From the NCBI RefSeq assembly GCF_963921235.1, contig NC_086097.1, positions 225,992,001-226,056,000 on the forward strand: a stretch of 64,000 nucleotides of DNA, read 5' to 3'. The translations under genes and the position numbers were made by a program. Positions 23,479 through 33,987 of the stretch are shown here, in pieces (position 1 is the first letter of the stretch; each line of letters begins with the position of its first letter). A model generated the notes under the pieces. It ran no database searches. It was not told the DNA's origin and saw only the letters and a program-made list of their open reading frames with translations. This DNA is from Mobula hypostoma (Eukaryota).

Positions 23479-25110
23479 GAGTCACAGTCATAGAAAAGTA
23501 CAGCACAGAAACAGACCCTTCAGCCCATCTAGTCCATGCCAAATCATTAATCTGCCTACTCCCATTGACCTGCTCCTGGAGCATAGCCCTCCGTACCCCT
23601 GCCATCCATGTACCTATCCAAACTTACCTTAAAATTTGAAATCGAGCTTGTATGCACCACTTGTGCTTGCAGCTCATTCGACACCTGAATGAAGAAGTTT
23701 CCCCTCATGTTTCCCTTACATTTTTCACCTTTCACCTTTAAATCATGATCTCTGGTTGTAGTCTCACCCACCATCAGTGGAAAAGCCTGCTTGCATTTAC
23801 CCTATTTATACCCCTCATCATTTTGTATAGCTCTGTCAAATCCCATCTGTCTTCGATGTTCTAGTTAATAAAGTCCTAACCTATTCAATCTTACCTTATT
23901 ACTCAGATCCTCCAGACCCAGCAATATCCTTGTATATTTCCTCTGTATTCTTTCAACATTATTTACATCTTTCTTGTTGGTGGGTGACCAAAATGGCACG
24001 AATTAGACCTCAGCAGCATTTTCTACAACTTCAACATAATATCCCATCTTCTGTACTCAATATTTTGATTTATGATTGCCAAAGGGCCAAAAGCTTTCTT
24101 TATGACCCTATCTACCTGTGATGCCACTTTCAATGAATTATGGACCTGTATTCCCAGATTTCTTTGTTCTACCACACTCATCAATGCCCTACCGTTCACA
24201 GTGTAAGACCTACCCTGGTTAGTACTACTACGCTGACTCAGGCCTAGGGGGCCGGCGTCGGGCATGATGACAGACTCTCCACTTCTCCCTCTCCCTCATC
24301 AGTGTGTTCCGTTCATCCACATTAGCCGCGCCGCTGTGTTCCAGGAACATGTTGACTGTAGTCTTGGGAGGGCGCCCAGGGTTCATCCTCCCATGCTTGG
24401 GCTCCCGTATGATGACTAGGCTGGCAGGTAGCTCGGGGTGGCGTAGACAGTGCCCCGCTAGTTACAGTCTTCTCAGCTCGATTTTAGTGGAGAGCATCAG
24501 TGGGTTGTTATAGAGCTCAATGTTTGTCATGTGCTGTTGCCAACACACGTCAAGAGCCATCCGGAGCATTCGTGTATAGCAATCATCTAGAGACTTTCAC
24601 ATAGTCTTGGTGAGTGTCCACGTCTCGCATCCATATGTGAGAATGGACTCTATATCTGCTATGAAAATCCTCTTTTTCAGCACTCTGGTCAGGTTTGACT
24701 TCCAGATTTCCTTCATGTCGTTCGTAGCCCTCCACACCAGCGCCTTCGGTATCTTTATGTCCTTCTCCGAACTCATCATTCCTGACCCGAGGTACTTGTA
24801 GTCAAAGACTTTCTTAATGGTATCATTCTTTACCCTGGTTGGTCCTCCCAAAGTGCAACACTTTGCACTTGTCTGCATTAAATTCCATCTGACATTTTTC
24901 AGCTTGCTTTTCCAGCTGATCCAGATCCCTCTGCAAGCCTCCTCTGTCCGCTATAACCCCCAAACCTGGTGTCATCCAGAAACTTGCTGGTTCAGTTAAC
25001 CATATTATCATCCAGATCATTGATATAGATAACAAGCGACATACCCAGCACCGATCCCCTGTGGCACTCCACTGGTCACAGGCCTCCAGTCAGAGAGGAA
25101 ACCATCTACA
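23479..25110 (-). mobile_element. CR1 LINE 3' half hosting an RTE insertion
   Basis: LQRDLDQLEK...MEFNADKCKVLHFGRTNQG continues as STNQGRSYTVNGRAL on the other side of the insertion; (GAGTCA)-type tail at 23479. Confidence 0.87.
24221..24830 (-). mobile_element. 5'-truncated RTE-clade LINE with (TAG)n tail
   Basis: TSD TACCCTGGTT (24211-24220 / 24831-24840). Protein DYKYLGS...ESILTYGCETWTLT...CYTRMLRMAL...LAGHCLRH...GRPP. Confidence 0.85.
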
Positions 25111-27056
25111 ATCATTAGATGTGGACTTTTCAAGAATCAGCTGATCCTAATTAATTCTCCCTATTTCCTACCTAATGCTTTTGTAATTTTCCCTGCACCA
25201 ATTGAATACTCTCCTGAAAAGTCCATACTTATCATTCCAGCTATCTTAAAACTTAAGGAGTTGTGGTCACTGTTTCCTGACTCTTCATCCACTGATTGGT
25301 CAGTCATCTGTCCAGGTTCATTACCCAACACCAGGTCCAGTACAGCCCCTCCTGATCTTGGACTAACAACATATAGATTTAAAAAATCTATCAGATCTAT
25401 CCATTCTGTCAAAATTTCACCTTTGAAGGCTCTTATTTACCAAGTACACCCTTGCCAGAAAACAACCTATCCCTATCCGCATTTGACAGATCCTTTGTGA
25501 TACAATCAAAATATATTCTCATAGGTATTCCACAAATTCCCTCTCTTGGGATCCAGCACCAACCTAATTTTCTCAATCTAACTGCATATTGAAATCTTCC
25601 ATTATGACCATAGCATTGCCTTTTTATATGCCTTTTCTATCTCCCATTGTAATTTGTATCCCAAATCCTGGTCCCACCAGGATCTTTTTAACCTTGCAGT
25701 TTCTTAACTCCACCCACAAGGATTTTGCATCTTCTGACCCAATGGCACATCTTTTTAAGGATTTGATTTTTTTTTTTTTTTACCAATGGAGCACCCCACC
25801 CACTCTGCCTACCTGCCTGTCGTTTTGATACAAAATTTATCCTTGGATATTAAGCTCCTAGATATAATCTTCTTTCAGCCACAACTCAGTGATGCCCACA
25901 ATGTTGTACCTGCCAATCTCTAATTGTATTACAACATCATCCACCTTATTCAGTATACTGCGTGCATTCAAATACATCTTCAGACCTCTATTTATCACCC
26001 TTTTTGATTTTGCTCCCATGTTACACTTCAACTCATTCCACTAACTGCAATTTTGCCCTAACTATCTGCTTGTCGTTCCCCAAAGTCTCACTATACACTG
26101 CATCTACTTGTATATCAACAGATCTATCCTCAGCCCCATTATTCCCATTCCCATCCCCCAGCCACATTAGTTTAAACCCTCCCCAACAGTTCTAGCAAAA
26201 CTGCTACAAGGTTATTGGTGCCCCTCGGATTCAGGTGTAACCCATCCTTTTTGTGCAGGTCATACCTTCCCCACAGGAGATCCCAACCATCCAAAAATCT
26301 GAAACCCTCCCCGCTGCACTAATTCCTCAACCACACATTCATCTGCCAAATCATCCTGTTCTTACCCACAACCTGGAGGTCCTGCTTTTCAGCTTTCTAC
26401 CTAGCTCCCTGTATTCTCTCTTCAGGACCTCCTCCCACTTCCTACCTCTGTCATTGATACCAATAGGTACAATGACTCTTGCTTCCCATCTACCCCATTT
26501 AGAATGTTGTGGACTTGATCTGTGACATCCCTGACCTTGGCACCTAGGCTATCAAAATACCATCTAGGTGTCTTAATCATGTCCACAGAATCTCCTGTCT
26601 GTTCCCCTAGCTCTACTGTACTCTTCTTTTCTCCCACCATCCTCCTTTCTGAGCCACAGAGCCAGACCCAGTGCCAGAGATCTGCTCACTGAAGCTTCTC
26701 ACTGTTAGGTTGCTCCCCCTCCAAAAGTATCCAAAATGATTATACTTATTATTAAGGGGAATGGCCACAGGGATACTCTGCTTTGGCTGCCTATTTCCTT
26801 TTCCTGTCCTGACGCTCACCCAGGTACCTACCTCTTGCAACTTAGGCGTGATAACCTTCCTGTAGCTCCTATCTATCACCTCCCCATTCTCCCATATGAG
26901 CTGAAGATTAGTGAGCTGCAGCTCCAGTTCCTTAATATGGTCTCTGAGGAGCCACAGCTTGGTGCACTTCATGCAAGTGTAGTTATCAGGGAGACTGGAG
27001 GTCTCCTAAAGTTCCTACATCTCACACAAGGAAAATACCTGGATACATTCTCAGAG
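25110..27056 (-). mobile_element. CR1 5' portions (APE pieces and decayed ORF1); continues at about 30504-30615 beyond the L1 insertion
   Basis: AVLDLVLGNEPG...SDHNSLSF (25161..25412); KCTKLWLLRDHIKELELQL ORF1 N-terminus (26613..26972). Confidence 0.75.
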
Positions 27057-27066
27057 AACAAACTAG

Positions 27067-30000
27067 CTCAGACATGTATAAAAATGAAATAAGCAAAAAA
27101 AAAGAAAGAGACATAACATTAGAGGGATGCCTATTGTACAAAGTGCTCAAAAATACTAAACATTAAATCTCAAATGAGGGCCATGAGGAATCAGCTGGGG
27201 GGAAATTGCTCATCTGTCCCCAGCCCTGTCCAGGTAGGCAAGAAATGGATCCCGGATAGCCGAAGATTTTTTATTGATTTGGTTCTCAAGAACCTAAGTT
27301 TCTCCATCTGTATGACTGAGATCATATCAGCCATCCATCTCCAAAAGGAAGTGGGAGAAGGTGATTTCCATTCCCTCAAGATAAGTCTTTTGGCAACAAT
27401 CATCCCCAGCATCAGAGACTGTTGTATGGCTGCAGGGAAACAAACAGTAGATTGCGAGCAGCCAAATATAGCGAGACCAGCTTCCAAGGGGAAGGATCTT
27501 TTATAGGCCTTTGAATACCAGTCGAATATTTTGGACCAAAATCCAGTCAGTAATGGGCAAAACCAAAAGGTGTGTGACAACGTGGCTCCTGTCCCTTGGC
27601 ATCTATCACACATTGGCGAAACAGAAGGGTAAATCCTGTGCAATCTAAGTTTATAGTAATGGAGACGGTGGACAACTTTAAACTGGATCATTTGGTGCCT
27701 GCTGTTAACAGAGTAAGCCTGTATCATAGACAAACACTTATCCCAGGCAGCTTCAGATAATTCAATACCCAACTCCTCTCTCCAGGCATCTCTAATCTTC
27801 ACAGTAAATGCTACAGTACAATTATCAAACAAACGTACAAACTTAGAAACGAGGTGCCTGGAGTCAGGAGGGTTCTTTAAGATATCAAAAAACATATGTT
27901 TCCCTGGAAGGATTTCAAAATTACAAATCTTAGATTGAATATAGTGTCTGATTTGTAAGTAACGAAAAAAGTGTGAATGAGGCAGCTCAAGTTTCTCTTT
28001 CAGCCGACTAAATGTTGCAAACCGTCCCTCTATGTACAAGTCTTCAATAGAAACTAGACCCTTCTCCCTCCAAGCATGGTAGGTTTTATCTGACCATGAG
28101 GGTAGAAAGGAGTGATTGAAACAGATTGGTGTTTGTACAGAGGTCTCTGGTAAATTCAGAACGCTCCTGATCTGATTTAGAATTCTGATGGAATTTTTCA
28201 AAACAAAACTCAAACTTTTTGAAGTCCCAGGCTTCCCTAACTTGGAGAACAGCGTGGCTGGCAAGGAGGAATTGACAACAGAGTTAGACTCCATACATAG
28301 CCACAAGGGAGCCCCTGGGGCTAGGTTATCCGGAGCCCCCTGTTGCCAAAACATTAGAGCCCTAGCATTGACAGCCCAGTAATAGTGTCTAAATACAGGC
28401 AATCCCAACCCTCCTTCAGACTTGGGCTTTTGTAAATTAATTTTTGAAATCCTGTGATCCTTATAATTCCAGATATGACAATATTATGGAGTCCAATTCT
28501 TTAAAGAAAGCTGATGTAAGAAAAATGGGGAGATTTTGACAAAGATAGAGAAACCTAGGAAGGGAAACCATTTTAATTAAATTTATACGACCAATCATGG
28601 ACAGAGATAGGGTTTTCCAACTTTCTATATTCTGTTTAAGTTTTGAAATAAGCTCCGCGAAGTTTAATTTGAATATTAATTTAGGATCTTTGGGGATTGT
28701 CAAGCCAAGATAAGCAAAGTGATCTTTAACTACTTTGAACGGGACACTTTACAAAAAACCCCGTGTGTAGTCGTTGGAGAGGGGCACAAAGTCACTTTTT
28801 GTCCAATTGATTGAATATCCCGATAGTCTGCTAAAAGAGGTGATTAAATCTTGAAGAAGAGGGACTGACTTTTCTGAGTTTTGTAAGTAGAGTATCACAT
28901 CGTCAGCATATAAGCTAATAAGTGTTTCAATAACCTCCCACTTTCAAACCCAGAATATTTGGGTGACTTCTTATCTTTAAGGCAAGGGGTTCTACCGCGA
29001 CAGCAGAAAGGGCCGGCGAGAGAGGGCACCCCTGCTGGACTGAACGGTGTAGGGGAAACAGAGTTGACTTGACACCATTAGTTATAATAGAACACATTGG
29101 GCTGACGTATATCAGTTTTACCCAAGATACAAATGACTCCCTGAACCCAAACCTGTACAGTGACTCAAACATGTAAGGCCACTCAATCTGGTCAAAACCC
29201 TTCTGTGCATCAAGGGACAAAATTGCTACCCCACTAGCTTTCCCATGATCAGCATATATAGTATTAAGGAGGCATCTGACATTGGAAAAAGGAATCAAAG
29301 AAGTCATTCAAATCAGATTGAGTGGCCTTGCATTTAGAGGTGTAGAGTTCGCTGTAAAATTCTTTAAAACAGTCATTTATCTCCTTGGGGTTAGTTAACA
29401 GGGTACCTGTCCTCGATCTAATGCAATGAATTGACCTTAGGGCCTGGGCGCCCCTGAACTGCCACGCCAGGAGCCCCTCAGGCTTGTCACCCATTTCAAA
29501 ATGCTTTTGTCTTAATTTTAAGAGGAGGTTATTTATTTGACTGCCCAAGATACAATTGTACTCATATTTAAGCTTCATTATTTTATTATAATCTTCAGAG
29601 GGTTTCGAAGCCTGGTATGTCGCTTCGAGGGTTGGGAGAGTATTCTCAATCTTTAATAATCGCCCTTCTCTCTCCCTGTTAGCAGCGGATTCATATGAAA
29701 TTATATACCCACGAATTACAACTTTTAATGTCTCCCAGAGTGTGGAATCTGACACCTCGCCATTATCATTAATTTCTATAACATCTTTTAATCTGGTAGT
29801 GATATATTTTATAAATTTCTTATCGGCGAGTAGGGAGTGGTTAAAATGCCAGGAATAGATTTGTTTGGAAAGGGGGAGATTTAGGGACATTGTCAAGGGG
29901 CTATGGTCAGAAATTAATCTATTATGATATTTTTTATTGGTAACACAAAAAATTAAATGAGAAAAAATAGTCTTTTCTACTATTCTACTATCAGATTTGT

Positions 30001-30493
30001 GAACATGAGAATAATAAGAATAGTCCTTGTTGGTGGGATGTTGAACTTGCCAAATATCTACTGAATTCCTAGATCTAATCAAATTATTTAGGACCTGCAC
30101 TGACACGATACTTGAGGGTGGGCGGGAGGACAATCGATCTAAATATGGATCCAGGTAGCAATTCAAGTCACCACTGATTATTTTATTTGAATTACTGGCA
30201 TCCGGAAGTAAATCAAAAACTTTCCTAAAAAAATTTGGCTCGTCTGTGTTTGGACCATAAATATTAAGAAAGGTTAGCGGAAACGAATTAATGGTGCCAG
30301 AGATCAGAGTAAACCTACCGAGAGGATCTGTGGTCATGGAAGTGAGTTGAAATGGAATATTTTTCCTAAAGAGGATAGCCACACCATGGGCATGAGAAGT
30401 AAGTGGTGACTGTAAACCTGCGATATCCAGCTAGATCTCAATCTGCGTTGCTCAGTTACTTTGATATGGGTTTCCTGTAGAAAAATCACATCT
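27067..30493 (-). mobile_element. L1-clade LINE ORF2 (APE-RT-CCHC), 5'-truncated, internally deleted, no poly(A)
   Basis: DVIFLQETH, NIYGPN, GDLN, ISDHSP (APE); SLDAQKGFDQIEW, QQGCPLSP, YADD (RT); CDRC...HTFWFCP knuckle. Candidate TSD AACAAACTAG (27057-27066 / 30494-30503). Confidence 0.9.
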
Positions 30494-30619
30494 AACAAAC
30501 TAGGTTCTAAGAGAAATAACATCTTACTAGAAAGTTACTTACAGCCTACATCTGTGCTTGTCCAAGCCTGTTCTTGTCTAAATCTGTTGAGCCAAAGGCA
30601 GAGAACACTCTAACGCTTC

Positions 30620-31320
30620 AACTCTTCTTGGCCACTGGTATGATTCTTATCCTTTTGAAGCGCGTGGGAACTTTCGGCTGTGAGAGATTCAAGATGTCTT
30701 TGAACACTCTTGCTAGTTGCTTGGCACAGATTTTCAGGGTCTGATCCCTTGTGATGGCCCGTGCTCTTGAAAGATGTTCTGACATCAACCTCCCAGACAT
30801 CACAGGGTCACCTGACACTGCAGGGTTTCGCACAGGTGTAGTTTTATTCTCCCTTTCAAAAATTCATAAAAGGCCTTTAGCTCAACTGGAAGTGAAGTAT
30901 CAGAGCCGTTCATGATGTTAGGTTTTTGCATTGTAGGAAGTAATGGCTTGCAAACCTGCCAGAGCTGACGTGGCTCCAATCCTGTCTTTAATTTCAATTG
31001 GATTTATTTTTCCCTCTTAAAATCGGCCTCCAAGGATATACCTGGATTTCTTGTATACTTCCAGATCTTTGGTCCTGAATGCCACAGACATAGCCCTCAA
31101 CAGACTATGAATCTCCTGATTCATTCACAACTTGAGATTTCGGTGTAACTGATATGTTCTTGAAGGTACACACTCATCCACAAAAGTCTTGGTGAAGTCG
31201 GTGACAACTTCATTCATATTCGAAAATAAATCCCTGAATATTCTCCAGTCCACAGACTCAGAGCAGTCCTGTAAGCACTCCTATGCCTCCCTTGACTCCA
31301 GCTCCCCGAACCATGAGTGG
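30620..31320 (-). mobile_element. Rex1/Babar-type LINE fragment (pre-RT region)
   Basis: LKICAKQLARVFKDILNLS...VPTRFKR..IIPVAKKS in ORF 30618..30833. Confidence 0.75.
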
Positions 31321-31488
31321 AATTCAAAGTATTAATGGTCTCTGAAAAGCAATTATTTTTTACAATGTTTAGTTGACTGTGTGTTTTAGGAGAGAAACAA
31401 TTTACTGAAGCTGATATTGGTAAAATGCCGAAGTTTATTAATTTGCTTATGACCACATGGAGAAACCTTGGCCACCCCTATTTTAACA

Positions 31489-31623
31489 TCCAAAATGCTG
31501 GCGGAGCTTAGCACACCAGGTAGCATCTATGGAAAAGAGTGCAGTCAACATTTCGGGCTGAGTTCCTCCGGCATTTTCTATGTGTTTCTTGGATTTCCAG
31601 CATCTGCAGATTTTCTGTAGTTT
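31489..31623. mobile_element. Mini inverted PLE insertion (older subfamily)
   Basis: 11-bp TSD CTATTTTAACA (31478-31488 / 31624-31634). Reverse arm joined to forward arm at the GCTGAG microhomology (about 31557-31562). Confidence 0.8.
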
Positions 31624-31931
31624 CTATTTTAACACCATTTATTTGAGATGTGGATATCACTGGGAAGGCCAGAATTTATTGTCTTTTCCCTAAGAAGGTG
31701 AAGGCTGTCCATTCTCCGTGGATTGTCACCTTGTCGTGGTGGAGAAGCTTGTGTGGTCCTGTGAACCTGAAAGCAATGCCGTCTGGAGCTATGCTCCTGG
31801 TAGGGTCATCCGTGGCGGTAAGTTTGAGGGTGAGGTCCCTGACAAAGAATAATCCAACCAAGGCCTCAACGGTGGAACAGGCAGACGAAGTTACTTTGAA
31901 CTCAACGGCAGTGAAGGTGGATGAAGGCTGA

Positions 31932-32238
31932 ACCAGAATTGATTAGAGAGCTTAAGGTAAAAGAAATCATAGGAATAAGTGATCATAAAATGATTGAATT
32001 CAGCCTAAAATTTGAGAAGGAGAAGCTAAAGTCAGATGTATCAGTATTACAGTGAAGTGAAGGGAATTACAGAGGCGTGAAAGAGAGGTTGGTCAGAATT
32101 GGTTGGAAAAGAACACTGGCAGGGATGACGCCAGAGCAGGAATGGCTCTGTGGAAGAATCTGTGGAAGCAATTTGGAAGGCAAAAGACATATACATCCCA
32201 AAGAGGAAGAAGTATATTAAAGGCAAGAATACACGACC
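31932..32238 (+). mobile_element. CR1 ORF2 fragment (end of APE) inside the RTE composite
   Basis: Aligns by eye to about 49750-50028 (TTTGAGAAGGAGAAGCTAAAGTCAGATGTATCAGTATTAC). Confidence 0.85.
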
Positions 32239-32933
32239 AATTCATTATTCTTCTCCGTGGATTGTCACCTTGTCGTGGTGGAGAAGCTTGTGTCGTCCTG
32301 TGATCCCGAGAGCAATGCCGTCTGGAGCTATGCTCCTAGAAGGGTCACCCATGGTGGTAAGGTTGAGGGTGAGGTCCCTGACAAAGAACAATCCAACCAA
32401 GACCTCAACAGTGGAACAGGCGGACGAAGTTACTTCGAACTCAATGGCTGTGAAGGCGGATGAAGGCTGCAACAAATCCATCAGCTCCAATCGTCGTGGT
32501 TTCCATACAATTGGAATCAGTTGGTTGATTTGTGAAGTATCGTGTGCTTCTTGGAATGCAACATCAAGTACACGTTAAACAAATACACGCACAGGCATCT
32601 TTGTTCTGTGGGCCAGTCCTTCAAGACTTTCAGCGATCGGGGGAGGGCAACGGGAGAAGACAACGTGATGGCTGGAAGCTCCTAGTCAAGAACTGGCACA
32701 AAAGCAGTGAATACTTGATTCAGTCGCTCAACTTTTGGAAGCAGGAAAGTTGTCCGGTAGCAGTATTCACGTCTGAGCAGCCCTATTTAGGATCCACTCT
32801 GCTCACCCTGAACTGGGAAGGGGCTAGAAAAGCTGCCCTAAAAATAGTCTGCTTCACCCCATCCTGTCTGCAAAGCCGCGTCCAGAGGGATCACTATCAC
32901 ATCATGCAGTCAAAATCATCGAGAAGTGAAACT

Positions 32934-33731
32934 ATGAAATTTGGAACCTGGAATATACAAACTCTGATGGATAACCCAAACTCAGACCGACCAGAGAGGA
33001 GAACTGCCTTTGTTGCCCGGGAACTCCAAAAATTCAACTTTGACATTGTTGCTCTGAGTGAGACCCACAGAGCTGGAGAAGGGCAACTAAAGAAAGAGAA
33101 AGGTGAATACATCATTTTCTGGAAAGGACTGGATCCTGAACAACCAAGGATCCATGGAGTAGGTTTTGCCATCCGAAACAGCCTACTTCAGAAGCTGACG
33201 GAGCAACCACTGGGAATCAACAAACATCTCATGATTCTGCGAATCCACCTTGTCAAGAACCAACACACCACCATCATCAGCGCCTATGCTCCAAATCTGG
33301 ACGCTGAAGATGAAGTAAAGATGAAGTTCTACGCCCAACTTGACGATGTCCTTTCCTCTGTTCCCAACAAGGATAAGGTCATTCTCTTGGGAGACTTCAA
33401 TGCCAGAATCGGGAAAGATCATAACTTCTGGACTGGAATAATAAGCAAGGAAGGAGTTGGCACGGTCAACGCCAATGGAACACTCCTCCTCACCAAATGT
33501 GCTGAACACAACCTGGTGCTTACAAACACCCTATTTTGCCAGAAAAACAGGCACAAAGTCTCCTGGCAGCATCCATGCTCCAAACACTGGCACCTCATCG
33601 ACTACATCATCGTACGATCTTGGGACCAACAAGATGTACTGATAACAAGAGCTGTTACTGGTGCCGACGAGTGTGGGACAGACCATCGACTCATCTCATC
33701 CACCATGAGAATGAAGATTCGGCCCAAGAGG
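32934..33731 (+). pseudogene. Uninterrupted RTE apurinic-like endonuclease domain (RT absent)
   Basis: GTWNIQTL, ALSETH, HGVGFA, SAYAP, LLGDFNARIG, HLIDYIIVR and TDHRLI, all in one frame of ORF 32532..33887. Confidence 0.85.
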
Positions 33732-33987
33732 TCCGACCTCCTGTCCCATGACTTTTCATATCCCTTTTGCCAATCACCTGTCCAGCTCTTGGCTCCATCC
33801 CTCCCCCTCCTGTCTTCTCCTATCATTTTGGATCTCCCCCTCCCCCCTCTCACTTTCAAATCTCTTACTAACTCTTCCTTCAGTTAGTCCTGACGAAGGG
33901 TCTCGGCCTGAAACGTCGACTGTACCTCTTCCTAGAGATGCTGCCTGGCCTGCTGCATTCACCAGCAACTTTGATGTGTGTTGCTTG
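33732..33987 (+). mobile_element. PLE 3' UTR arm with hammerhead motif (33886-33921) at the RTE deletion junction
   Basis: Near-identical to 55320-55569. AGTC-CTGACGA-AGGGTCTCGGCCT-GAAAC-GTC-GACT. No TSD seen. Confidence 0.88.

Noticed and set aside
27191..30382. Active L1 or a host gene
   Set aside because: Multiple frameshifts, RT-proximal deletion, no ORF1.
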